DNA from: an uncultured Acidobacteriota bacterium
GTDB lineage: Bacteria > Acidobacteriota > Thermoanaerobaculia > Multivoradales > UBA5704
Direction of reading: 5' to 3'
Assembly: GCA_963770895.1 (NCBI GenBank)
Contig: CAVYRF010000002.1
Span: 2,112,001-2,176,000 of the forward strand
Length of the DNA: 64,000 nt
The position numbers were made by a program, and so were the translations under genes. Every line of letters starts with the position of its first letter. Within the stretch, counting starts at the first letter, position 1. The notes under the pieces were generated by a model. That model was not told the DNA's origin, did not search any database, and was given only the letters and a program-made list of their open reading frames with translations. Shown here in pieces: positions 51,907 to 62,400 of the stretch.

Positions 51907-52147
51907 TGGGCCTCCGATCTCCGGCACCGAGAGCCGGGACATATGTTTACTTCCACATGCGCGGCAGAAACTTATCAACTTATATCGTATCTCATGGTCA
52001 ACTCGATCGAGAAAAGGAGTGCCAACTGGCCACCAGGGGCGGGAGTAGGGCGGCGCCATCACACCCTGGTACGACAGCACCTGCGCTTCCGCGTGGGTAC
52101 TCGCGCCTGCCCATGGCGCTCCTCAGCCCGGCACGACGTTTCGGTCC

Positions 52148-52199
52148 GCCCCCCGGGGCCCAATCGCGGTCGCGCCGCCAGGCGCGCCGCGATTGGGGC
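52148..52199 (+). repeat. REP-like hairpin, copy 2
   Basis: Same unit as 50071-50122 with compensatory stem changes. Confidence 0.8.
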
Positions 52200-52253
52200 A
52201 ACCCAACGAGCCCGATCGGTGCGAGATGCGTGCGCGAGGGGCACGGCAGCCAT

Positions 52254-52440
52254 CATTGCGATCGGGGGTCGAAGCTGGCGATCGACGCGCGGGTCGTGGT
52301 CGAGCTGGTCAAGCAGTTCGCGGCGGATGGGTTGCCCCGACCGCGACGCGCCTGTCGGCGCGTGCGCGATCGGGCCGCGGGGGCGCGGGGGAGCGTCTTG
52401 CCAAACGCGATGCGCCGTAGCCGCGGGCACCGAAACCTGA
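52254..52440. repeat. ~190-bp element, copy A (contains inverted hairpin copy 3 at 52334-52384)
   Basis: Imperfect direct repeat of 53080-53267. Confidence 0.85.
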
Positions 52441-52465
52441 TCAGGTCACTGCAACCTTTCGCTTG

Positions 52466-52810
52466 TCACTGCTTCGGCTTCCACAAGCCAACGGTGTTGC
52501 CTTCGAGGTCCTGGAACCAGGCGAAAGTGCCCGTCGGAATATCCACCGGCGGGACAAGGGTCTTCGCGCCGAGCGCATTGGCCTTTTGCAGCGCGGCGGC
52601 GACGTCGTCGACGCCGACATAGAAAATCGTGTAGTGATGCGGTTCGTGGCCGAGCGCGGTGATGTGCCCCGTGATGCCGCCGGCTTCTGCCGCGATCATC
52701 GCCGCCGGACCCATGGCGTCGATCTTCCAGTCGAAGAGCTGCTGGTAGAATTCCTGCGTCTTCGCCAAATCCTTGCAACCGATCTCAAAATGCACCACCG
52801 CATGGGCCAT
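52466..52810 (-). CDS. VOC/glyoxalase family protein
   Basis: MAHAVVHFEI...FYQQLFDW...DLEGNTVGLW; AGGAG RBS. Confidence 0.9.
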   Translation of the reverse strand: MAHAVVHFEIGCKDLAKTQEFYQQLFDWKIDAMGPAAMIAAEAGGITGHITALGHEPHHYTIFYVGVDDVAAALQKANALGAKTLVPPVDIPTGTFAWFQDLEGNTVGLWKPKQ

Positions 52811-53079
52811 CTGGTTCTCCTGGTTCTTGCGCGTTGGAAGCCGAACACGACGCTGCCGCGGAAGCTGCTCATCGTAACCGACCTGGTATTCCATCACCAG
52901 GTCGTTTTAAATTACATGCGGCTGCGCTATATCGCTTGACTCGCGTCAAGCGTCGAGCCAGCGGCGGAGCTGCAGCGGCCGGAGCGCGCAAATGCAGTGC
53001 AGGCGGTGCGCACAGGCGTGGCCGCGGCAGCGCAGGCCGAGACGGCGGGCCGAAACCTTGTCGCTCGCGCGGTAGCTAC

Positions 53080-53267
53080 CATTGCGATCGAGAGGGCGAC
53101 GCTGGCGGTCGCTGCGCGGGCCGTGGTCGAGCTGGTCAAGCAGTGCGCGCCGGGTGGGTTGCCCCGACCGCGACGCGCCTGTCGGCGCGTGCGCGACCGG
53201 GCCCGGGGGGTGCGCGGGAGCGTCTTGCCAAGCGCGATGCGCCGTAGCCGTGGGCACTGAAACCCTA
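53080..53267. repeat. ~190-bp element, copy B (contains inverted hairpin copy 4 at 53161-53213)
   Basis: Imperfect direct repeat of 52254-52440. Confidence 0.85.
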
Positions 53268-53379
53268 ACGCAGCTGCGAGAAACTGTTCCTCGGCCATGA
53301 GACGCCCTGCGGGCAAAGGCATGGTCGCTTGTTCATGGGCTCTAGCCATGTCGAGGACTCCGCAGCCTGGAGTCGAACG

Positions 53380-53895
53380 CCTGAGGAAGCGGACGGACCG
53401 TTCGACTCGCCCCTTTTCGTTGCTGGCTCGGATGTGGCAGGGGCGGGCTTCGAAACCATACGTGCCGGCGAGCTCCAGGTAGCGCGGATGAAAGCGGATC
53501 TGGTCGCCATGGCGTTCGAGCACGACCGAGCGGAGATTGTCGCTGGCGACGGCACGCGGCACCCCGCCGAAGTGCTCGAAGGCGGCGATATGGCCGCAGA
53601 GGAATTGGGCGAGCGCCGGGTCGAAGAAAAACTCGACATAGAGCGCCCGCGAATAGACGAGCGTCAGGAGGAAGGCCGACAGTCGCCGCCGCGCCCGACC
53701 TACCAGGACGCCGCCGAAGTCGGCCCAATCGACCTGCGCCGCCTCGCCCGGCAGGCTCGACAACCGGGTAAAAACCCGCCGGGGCGGCGCCGGGCGCAGC
53801 TCGCGCACCACCCGTCGCAGCTGCGACACGCCGCCCCGGAAGCCGCGCTCGCGCAGCATGCGGTGCGCCACCGTGGCGCACAGCCGGGCGAGCTT
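53380..53895 (-). mobile_element. istA: IS21-family IstA transposase fragment (pseudogene)
   Basis: PGEAAQVDW, L.YSR, FGGVP...DNL, EKGRVERSVRFLR; both termini and istB missing. Confidence 0.88.
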
Positions 53896-53912
53896 CCTTT
53901 CGTGGCCTAGGT

Positions 53913-55187
53913 CTAAGGCGCCGTCGCCCTGAAGCCCTTCACGACGAACTGGGATTCGGGGCGGGTCCAGCTGGAGCCGTTCGACCAGTTGATGGTGCCG
54001 ACCTCGCCGATAGATTCGATGCGGTGGATGCCTGTGGACCCCGCCGGTCTCGCCAGCGTGCCCGTGTAGGTGGCGTCGTCGGGAAACGCCACGGTGATGG
54101 TGGAGCTGTCGAGAATGGTACCGATGGCGGTCGGACGGTTGTAGGCGGACATGTCGATCGAGAGGTTGACGCCGGCCACCGTGATGACGGGGCCGACGAC
54201 ACCCCCACCCTGCCATTGTCCAGCGAGGATGATGACCGTTGCGATGAACGGCCGCGGACGGAAACAGGTGAGGACGCCGTTCTTGGCGTCGTAGGCGCAG
54301 ATACTTTCGACGGTGACTTCTCCCAGCACGAGCGGCGTGCAGTCGCCGGCCGTGATGAACTGCCATGAGGTGCTCCAGGCGGTCCCGAGGCTGGCCTCCA
54401 ACAGGCTCATGCCGCCGGCGCCGTCGGTCGCGTAGAGCTCCGTGTACCCCGTGTCCGCCTCGTAGAAAAGCAGGTTCTCGGTGATGTTGTCGACGAGGAA
54501 ATTTCCCGCCACGATCTGCTGCCAGGTTGTCCTCAAGCCTTCCTGGCGCCGGAGCGGCGTCAGGACCCCGTTGGCGTCGCATTGATAGAAATCCCCGGTG
54601 CCGGCCTGTTGATCGTAGCAAAACAGGTCGTCGTTTCCCTGCGAGTGGAACATGCCCGGGACGATCGCCGTCCAGGTGTTGGGCAAGCCCGAGTTCGACT
54701 GGATCAGATCCATGCCCCCGGCGTAGACGCGATGGAATTCGACCACTCCGGCAGACGCGTCATAGAAGAGCACGTTCGCAAGCCCGAACTCGCCCGCCAC
54801 CATGAGCGTCCATTTCGGAGCCCAATCGGTGAACTGCTCCGCCGGTTGAAAGGCGCCGGTTGCCGCATCGATCACGTCGAGCTCGCCAGCGCCTGCGGCG
54901 GCATTGTAGCCAAGCGGCCCGGCGGGCAGAGCGGCGAACTGATTCCACACCTTCTGATAGAACCGGCTGGTGAAGAGTACCGCGGGGTTCGCCACCGGAA
55001 TATTGGCGTTCGCGGTGTTCAGCCTGATCTTGAACAGAGAAGCCGTAAGGTTTTGGCTGTCGTACAAGAGAAGGTCGTCGAGACCTGCGGTGTCCAGATC
55101 CGAGTCAAGATAGGGCCGCAAGGCTGCCTGCGTCCACGACCCTGTAAAGGGTTGCGATGTCCATTCGACGAGCTCGATTCCGGCCAT
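53913..55187 (-). CDS. Hypothetical beta-propeller-like repeat protein
   Basis: ~50-aa repeats W(T/Q)xIVxGxF...LFYD..G; GGAGG RBS; lower GC. Confidence 0.8.
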   Translation of the reverse strand: MAGIELVEWTSQPFTGSWTQAALRPYLDSDLDTAGLDDLLLYDSQNLTASLFKIRLNTANANIPVANPAVLFTSRFYQKVWNQFAALPAGPLGYNAAAGAGELDVIDAATGAFQPAEQFTDWAPKWTLMVAGEFGLANVLFYDASAGVVEFHRVYAGGMDLIQSNSGLPNTWTAIVPGMFHSQGNDDLFCYDQQAGTGDFYQCDANGVLTPLRRQEGLRTTWQQIVAGNFLVDNITENLLFYEADTGYTELYATDGAGGMSLLEASLGTAWSTSWQFITAGDCTPLVLGEVTVESICAYDAKNGVLTCFRPRPFIATVIILAGQWQGGGVVGPVITVAGVNLSIDMSAYNRPTAIGTILDSSTITVAFPDDATYTGTLARPAGSTGIHRIESIGEVGTINWSNGSSWTRPESQFVVKGFRATAP

Positions 55188-56538
55188 GATCGTTCCTCCC
55201 CCGGGGACTGTTCACTCCATGTCAGCCACGGAGCGCCATCACCTCATGCACAAGAGAACGACGCGAGGAGCGGAATCCTCTCTCCTCCTCGGGGAGCAGC
55301 CCGGCGGCGGGCTCGATCGTCGAGATCGTTTGGGATCACGTCGGAGACGGCCGGACGCGCGGCCACGCCCGCGACGGCTCTCCGAGACGAGCACCAATCT
55401 GGTCCACCGCCAGCAGGTAGTCGGCCAACACCGCCCGCTCCGTGGCGTGGTTCTGCGGATGGCGGCCAGCCGGGAGGCTCGGCTCGCGGAGAGAGCACGC
55501 CGCCCGTCGCCCAGGCCGCGGCAGCGGGAGAGGATGGGCAACCTTGAGCGGGTCCGCGAGGCAGTGTGCTGGCCGCGTCGCAGGAGGAGGGCGAGGAGCT
55601 GGGCATCGGTCAGAGTCGGGATGCGCGAGGCCCCTCGCTGACAAAGCTGTATGCGCCAGCGCACTTCGACCCCGTACTCAAGCGTCATGACCTGCCCCAA
55701 CACCAAAGCTCCCGACCATGGTAGGCTCTTCCACCCTAACGACAGCGAAGCGGCGCTTGCGTTCGGTCTCCGGCGCCGGATGACTGCAACGATGGTTGCG
55801 CAGGGGCTGCGTCCGCGGATTTGCTGCCCCTCACACCCGCACCCGCTATCGTTTGAAGGTCCAGAATTCTGGGAGTAGCCGAAAGGTGCGGCCGCGAAAG
55901 GCGGCGAGGAGGAGCGCGGTGGGCGCGGTGCGGCGGCAGGGCCGCGGAGACGCCGGTCGCCTCGGGGTGGTGGCGTCGTCGTCTAGCAAGGCGATTGGAC
56001 GACTGATGCCCGCCGCTGCGGACGCCGTGATCACCAGTCGGTCCAGGCGCCCTTCTGCCGCTGGGCCAATTGCCGCCTCCGCTCGGCCGGCGTGGCGTAC
56101 ACCCGCGGCGGCGTTTTCCGCGGACGCCTGTTGAAGTAGCCGTCGGCCGAGCGGCCCGCCGGCGCAGAGATCCGGGCCGGCCTGTTCGCCGTGGAGGCGC
56201 GCTCGCGCAGCGCATCAGCCTCATCTCATGAAACCAAAGGCACTTACGCGCGCCGGACCCCGTAATCGCCCGGAGCGTCGCACAGCAGCCAGCATCATCT
56301 TCCGCTCGGTCGGCTGCTGCGGTGGGCGTTGCCGCACCCGCAACACGGTCCAGGTGAGCACTCGCAAAGGGTCTGCTGTGCCGCCGCAGCGAACTCCTCT
56401 CCACCGCGCTCCTCGACCCTGCTGTTAGGCTATAGAATTGTGAACCGGAAAGCTTGAAGTCCCTGGCGCCGCTTCCATGGTGGCCAGCAGGGGTGCCGGG
56501 AAGGCCTGGCCCATTTCCGGGGAAGAGGCTTGAGAGCG

Positions 56539-57927
56539 ATGCTTACGCGACTGAGAGTCAACGGCTTCAAGAACCTCGTCGAGGTGGATCTGCGGTTTGG
56601 TCCCTTCACTTGCATCGCCGGCGTAAACGGCGTTGGAAAGTCCAATCTCTTCGACGTGATCGGCTTCCTGGCAGCACTATCTGAGAAGACCTTGCTCGAT
56701 GCGGCACTGTCCGTTCGCAGTGAGGGGAGTAAGACTTCGGACCTGCGTGGCATTTTTAATCGGGTGGGCGATCGCTATTCCGACGAGATCTCCCTGGATG
56801 CGGAGATGCTTGTATCAGATTCAGGCGTTGACGACCTTGGGCAGGAGGCCAGAGCCGCAATCACCTTCCTGAGCTACGGCTTGACAATCGGCCTTGAAGG
56901 CTCCGGCTTGGCAATTCGCAGGGAGGAGCTTAAGCACATCACCGTCGGCGAAGCCAAAAAGAACCTGCTATTCCCCCATACCCAAAGCTGGCGGAAGTCG
57001 GTTGTCACGGGGCGCCGCGCAAGCCCATTCATCTCGACGGAGCGCTCAGGAAGCTCGACGATCATCAAGCTTCACCAAGACGTGGGCAAGAATTACAAAG
57101 GAGGAGGACGTCCTCACACCTATGTAGCTGGACGCCTGCCTCGTACAGTATTATCTGAGGCGAATTCCTCGGATAGCGCGACTGCAGTCCTCGCTCGCCG
57201 CGAGATGCAATCGTGGAGACTGTTGCAGCTCGAGCCTTCTGGGCTACGTCAGCCTGACCGCTTCATCGCACCGCGGTCGATCGCCCGCAACGGCGCCCAC
57301 CTGCCGGCGACGCTAGCTCGTCTTGCTCACCTCAACATTGTTCCCGGCATAGCTTCGCCTGCCAGCTCTCACGGCGACTTGCCGGACCACGCGGCAACTG
57401 TCTATGCGCGAGTTGCCAATCGGCTTTCTGAGCTCATCGAGGACGCCCGATCGGTGCGGGTCGTAGTTGACGACCGACGTGAGCTATTAAGCCTATTGCT
57501 GACTGAGCGTAACGGGACCGAGCACGAGGCGCAATCTCTCTCCGACGGTACGCTCCGCTTTCTGGCATTGGCAATTCTTGAGACCGACTCTGATGCGAAA
57601 GGTGTTTTGTGCCTGGAAGAGCCAGAAAATGGGATTCATCCTCGCCGGGTACCGGCAATGCTGCGCTTGCTACAGGACTTGGCCGTCGATCCCCAAGTGC
57701 CGGTAAGCATGGAAAATCCACTGCGCCAAGTCATCGTCAATACCCATTCGCCGGCTGTGGCGGCACAAGTTCCCGAGGATTGCCTGCTCGTCGGCGTCCA
57801 GCATGCCGTCGAGAAGGAGGGCCGCCGCGCCAACACCGTCGCCTTTCATTCGTTGCCCGGCACCTGGCGGGCGCGAGAAGCTTCCGGGCTGGCACCGATT
57901 GCAATGGGAGAAGTCGCAATGGGCTGA
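56539..57927 (+). CDS. AAA_21/AbiEii-like ABC ATPase
   Basis: GFKNL, GVNGVGKSN Walker A, LSDGTLRFL, LEEPENGIHP, VNTHSP. Confidence 0.9.
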   Translation: MLTRLRVNGFKNLVEVDLRFGPFTCIAGVNGVGKSNLFDVIGFLAALSEKTLLDAALSVRSEGSKTSDLRGIFNRVGDRYSDEISLDAEMLVSDSGVDDLGQEARAAITFLSYGLTIGLEGSGLAIRREELKHITVGEAKKNLLFPHTQSWRKSVVTGRRASPFISTERSGSSTIIKLHQDVGKNYKGGGRPHTYVAGRLPRTVLSEANSSDSATAVLARREMQSWRLLQLEPSGLRQPDRFIAPRSIARNGAHLPATLARLAHLNIVPGIASPASSHGDLPDHAATVYARVANRLSELIEDARSVRVVVDDRRELLSLLLTERNGTEHEAQSLSDGTLRFLALAILETDSDAKGVLCLEEPENGIHPRRVPAMLRLLQDLAVDPQVPVSMENPLRQVIVNTHSPAVAAQVPEDCLLVGVQHAVEKEGRRANTVAFHSLPGTWRAREASGLAPIAMGEVAMG

Positions 57928-58432
57928 TCTGCGCGCCCTTCGGTCACCGCCAAGGAGCCTGCGAGACAGGGTGCAGACCGCGGTTCAATTGTATCCGTGC
58001 GACCTTCTGTTCATTCACCGAGATGCAGAGAGCATGTCCCTTGATTCGCGCAGGGCTGAAATACGCGGACAGTTGGATGAGCGGACGGGGCCGCCCGTGA
58101 TTTGCGTCATCCCCGTTCGCATGCAGGAGGCATGGTTTCTTTTTAATGAAAATGCGATTCGTGAGGCTGCGGGCAATCCCCGCGGAAGGGTGCCCCTCGA
58201 CTTGCCCAGGCTGGATGAAATCGAGTCGCATCCCGACCCTAAGGGGGTCATCCATGGTTGCCTGCGCAGCGCAAGCGGGTTGCCGCCCCGGCGCGGTTTC
58301 AAGGTGGCTACCGCGTTCCAGCGACTGGCAGGGTTGATTGACGATTTCACGCCGCTGCGCAGCTTGGCCGCTTTTCAGGTCTTGGAGGCAGCGGTCGAGC
58401 GCGTCCTCGATGAGCGATCCTGGCGGGACTGA
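57913..58432 (+). pseudogene. DUF4276-like (TOPRIM-like) partner protein lacking its N-terminus
   Basis: QWADLR...YPCDLLFIHRDAE...VIPVRMQEAW...DPK; no credible start codon. Confidence 0.65.
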
Positions 58433-58458
58433 TCTTCCAGGCAGTCGAAGGAATGCGC

Positions 58459-59247
58459 TCAGGTCCGTTCGAATGCCAGGTATGCCCAGGCGAGGTGCCG
58501 CGTCCAGTTCTGGCGGTGCGGGCAGAGGACGCGCAGGCGGAAGGCGCCGGCCGGAAATTGGCGTGCGACGCCCCAACTGGTCGCGTAGAGGTGGGCCACG
58601 TTGTAGTCTGCATGGCCGTAGACACGTTGGGCGACGAAGCGCTGCAGCGGGTCGGGCAGGAGGGCGAGCCCTGGGATTCCGTAGTGCGGATCGCGCTGCC
58701 GGGCGAACTTGAGGCGCGGCGGCGTCGAGACCAGGCAGACGCCGCCCGGCCGCAGCACCCGAGCGATCTCGCTTCCCGTCTGCCGGGGCTCTGCCAGATG
58801 CTCGATGACCTCCGCCATGATCACCACGTCCACGCTGCGTGGTGCGAGCGGCAGTGCCGCCCCATCGCCCAGCAGATGCAGCACCGAAAGGCCCGCCGCA
58901 CGCCGGAATGCCACCAAGTCGCGGTCGAGGTAGACATCGAGCGCCACGAGCCGCGCGCCGGCGCGCTCGCCGAACGGAAACAGCATGCCGCCGTTGCCGC
59001 TCCCCAGGTCCAGGACGGTCAGGTGGGGCCGCGCCATCAGCCGCGGAAACTCGCGCCCCAGGAGCGCCACGCTGCGCTCTCCTTCGTCGTAGCGCGACAA
59101 CGCAAAGCGCAGCCGGCTTGCCGCCAGATCGTCGGCCGTGCCGCGCCGGTCGCCGCCGCGGATGATGCTTTCGAACAGGTCCCGGTGCCGTGCCAATGCC
59201 ACCCCGTCAGGAGCGGCTGGAGTATATCCGCGGGCGGGCGGGCCCAT
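58459..59247 (-). CDS. Class I SAM-dependent methyltransferase
   Basis: VLDLGSGNG, LPLAPRSVD, EVIEHL, RVLRPGG; start uncertain (up to 59343). Confidence 0.88.
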   Translation of the reverse strand: MGPPARGYTPAAPDGVALARHRDLFESIIRGGDRRGTADDLAASRLRFALSRYDEGERSVALLGREFPRLMARPHLTVLDLGSGNGGMLFPFGERAGARLVALDVYLDRDLVAFRRAAGLSVLHLLGDGAALPLAPRSVDVVIMAEVIEHLAEPRQTGSEIARVLRPGGVCLVSTPPRLKFARQRDPHYGIPGLALLPDPLQRFVAQRVYGHADYNVAHLYATSWGVARQFPAGAFRLRVLCPHRQNWTRHLAWAYLAFERT

Positions 59248-59438
59248 GGACAGGCCCTGGTCGAACTGGTGGACTTTTGGCCCGCCGCGGCGTTTGGCGA
59301 CACTACTCTCTTGCGGCGTCTCCCAGGCGGCGCCGGGACGCACTCCGTCCTATACAGGACGCTCAGTGTACGCCGTGAAGAGCCAGCTTTAACTGAAGTT
59401 CAAATGCGCGCAGGTAGGGGCCGTGATTTTAGAATATC

Positions 59439-62400
59439 ATGATAAATGATCAATTCCCCGCGGGATCTGCGCGCGACGCGGCGGAGCCGCTCTCCCAGGG
59501 CCAGCGCTCACTCTGGTTTCTGCACCATCTCGCACCCGAAGGCGGCGCCTACAACATCGCGGCGGCGGCGCGCGTGCGCACGCCGATCGACGGCGCGGCG
59601 CTGGCGCGCGCGGCGCAGGCGCTGGTCGACCGCCATGCGGCGCTGCGCACCACCTTTCCGGCCGTCGACGGCGAGCCGCGGCAGCGCACGGCCGAGCGGC
59701 TGACCTTCACCCTCGGCCGCGAGGACACGACCGGCTGGAGCGCGGCGCGCCTCGCCGCGCGTCTGGCGGCGGAAGCCTGGGCCCCGTTCGACCTCGAGCG
59801 CGGGCCGCTGCTGCGCCTCACGCTGCTTGCGGGCGACGCGCCGGACCCGGTGCTGCTGCTGGTCATCCACCACATCGTGGCGGACTTCTGGTCGCTCGCC
59901 ATCCTGATGCGCGAGCTGCCGGCGCTCTACCGCGAGGCGGCGGGCGGCACGCCCGCGGGGCTCGCTCCCCCGGGGGCCGACTACGCTCTGCACGTGCGCC
60001 AGGAGCGCGAGTTTCTCGCCGGCCGCGACGGCGACGATCGGCTCTCCTACTGGCGGCAGCGGCTCGCGGGTCTGCCGACGCTCGAGCTTGCCACCGACCG
60101 GCCGCGCCCCGCGGTGCAGACCTATCGCGGCGACGCCCGCCGGCTGCGGCTGCCGGCTTCGCTCGCCGCCGACCTGCGCGCCGACAGCCGCCGGCGGCAC
60201 GGGACGCTGTTCATGACCCTGGTGGCCGGCTGGCAGGCGCTTCTCGGCCGCCACACCGGCCAGGAAGACCTGGCCATCGGCACTCAGCGCGCCGGGCGCG
60301 CGCAGTCGCAGTTCGCCGGCACGGTCGGCTACTTCGTCAACTCGGTGGTGCTGCGCGGCGACCTCGCCGGCGACCCGGGCTTCGGTGACCTCTTCGAGCG
60401 CGCCCGCGCCACGGTGCTCGCGGCGTTCGACCAGGAGTACCCGCTGCCGCTGCTGGCCGAGCACCTGTTGCCCGAGCGCGACTCGAGCCGCACGCCGTTT
60501 TTCCAGACGTCGCTGGTGCTGCAAAAGGAGTCGCGGGGTGTCGCGGGGCTCACCGCCTTTTCCTTGGGCGAAAAGGGCGTGGAGATCGACCTGGGCACGC
60601 TGCGGCTCGACTCGCTCTCCCTCGATCCGGCGCCCGCCCCCTTCGACCTGCTGTTGCACGCGGTCGAGCGCCAGGGAGAGCTCCACCTTTCCCTGCAATT
60701 CAACGCCGACCTCTTCGACGGCGCGACGGCGGTGCGCCTCCTGGCCCACTTCACCCATCTCCTGCGCTCGGCCGTCGCGAGCCCCGACCTGGCGCTCTCG
60801 GCCCTGCCGCTGCTGGCGCCGGCGGAGCGCCAGCAGCTGCTCGCCGAATGGAACGACACCGCGGGTGCCGGCGGCGAGCAGACCCTGTTCGACCTGTTCG
60901 CCGCCCAGGCGGCGCGGACGCCTGCGGCCGAGGCATTGGTGTTCGAAGGCGAGCGCCTCAGCTATGCCGAGCTCGCGGCACGCGTCGCGGCCCTCGCCGG
61001 CCGCTTGGCCGCCCTGGGAGTGGGGCCGGAAGTGCTGGTGGGGGTCGCGGCCGAGCGCTCGGTCGAGCTGGTCGTCGGTCTGCTCGGCGTCCTCGCGGCC
61101 GGCGGCGCCTACGTGCCGCTGGAGCCGGGCCTGCCGAGCCAGCGCCTGGCGGCGATCCTCGCCGACGCGCGCCCCGCCGTCGTCCTCGCCCGCCAGGCCG
61201 AGGCGGGCGCGCTGCCGCTCGACGCCTCCCCCGGCGCCCGCCTCGCCTGGCTCGACGAGCCCGCCGCTCCCGCCGGCCCCACTGCGCCCACCGATTCCGC
61301 CGCTGCCGCCGCACCCGCCGCTGCCGCCGGCATCGCGCCCGTCCGGGCGGCGACGGCCGACAACGCCGCCTACGTGATCTTCACCTCGGGCTCGACCGGG
61401 CGGCCGAAGGGGGTGGTGAACAGCCATCGCGGCATCGTCAACCGGCTGCTCTGGATGCAGGAGGCGTTTGCCTTAGGCCCCGGCGACCGGGTGCTGCAAA
61501 AGACGCCATTCGGCTTCGACGTCTCGGTCTGGGAGCTGTTCGCCCCGCTGGTGACCGGCGGCTGCCTGGTCGTCGCCCGTCCGGACGGCCACCGCGACGG
61601 CGCCTATCTCGCCGCCCTGGTCGAGCGCGAGGCCATCACCACGCTTCACTTCGTGCCCTCGATGCTGCCGTTCTTCCTCGCCGAGGACCTGGCTGGCTGC
61701 CGCGCGCTGCGCCGCGTCGTCGTCAGCGGCGAGGCGCTGCCGTGGGAGGTGGAGCAGCGCGCCCTCGCCCTCCTCCCGGCGCCGCTCTACAACCTCTATG
61801 GACCGACCGAGGCCGCCGTCGAGGTGACCGCCTGGGCCTGCGAGCCCGCAGCCCAGCCGCGCGCCGTGCCGATCGGCCGGCCGATCCGCAATACGCGCAT
61901 CCATCTGGTCGGCCCGCGCCTCGAGGCGATGCCGCTCGGGGCGGCAGGGGAGCTGGCGATCGGCGGCGTGCAGGTCGCCCGCGGCTATGTCGGCCGCCCC
62001 GACCTGACGGCCGAGCGCTTCGTCCCCGACCCTCACGGCGGCACTCCGGGCGGGCGCCTCTATCGCACCGGCGACCTCTGCCGGCACCTGCCGGGCGGCG
62101 AGATCGAGTACCTCGGGCGGCTCGACGACCAGGTCAAGATCCGCGGCTTCCGCATCGAGCCGCGCGAGATCGAGCTGGCGCTCGCCGCCCATCCGGCGGT
62201 GCGCGAGGCGGCGGTGGTGGCGCGCCAGGATGGCAGCGGCGAGCGGTCGCTCCTCGCCTGCGTGGTGACCTGGGAGGGCGAGGCGGCGGCCGCCGGCGCC
62301 TTGCAGCTGAGCGAATTCCTCGCCGCCCGGCTGCCGCCCTACATGGTGCCGGCCTTCGCCTTCGGCCAGGCGCTCGACCGCCTGCCCAACGGCAAGCTCG

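Noticed and set aside
52059-53257. Similar short ORFs (MPAATAHR.../MPTATAHR...) within the 190-bp repeats
   Set aside because: No RBS and no protein-like composition; similarity is explained by the DNA repeat.
52927-54621. 564-aa ORF as an intact transposase
   Set aside because: Only ~170 aa are IstA-like; the rest is out-of-frame overlap with the neighbouring gene and repeat DNA.
55239-55706. RadC-like phrase TLTDAQLLALLLRRG
   Set aside because: Only a short resemblance; no JAB motif or sustained coding signal.
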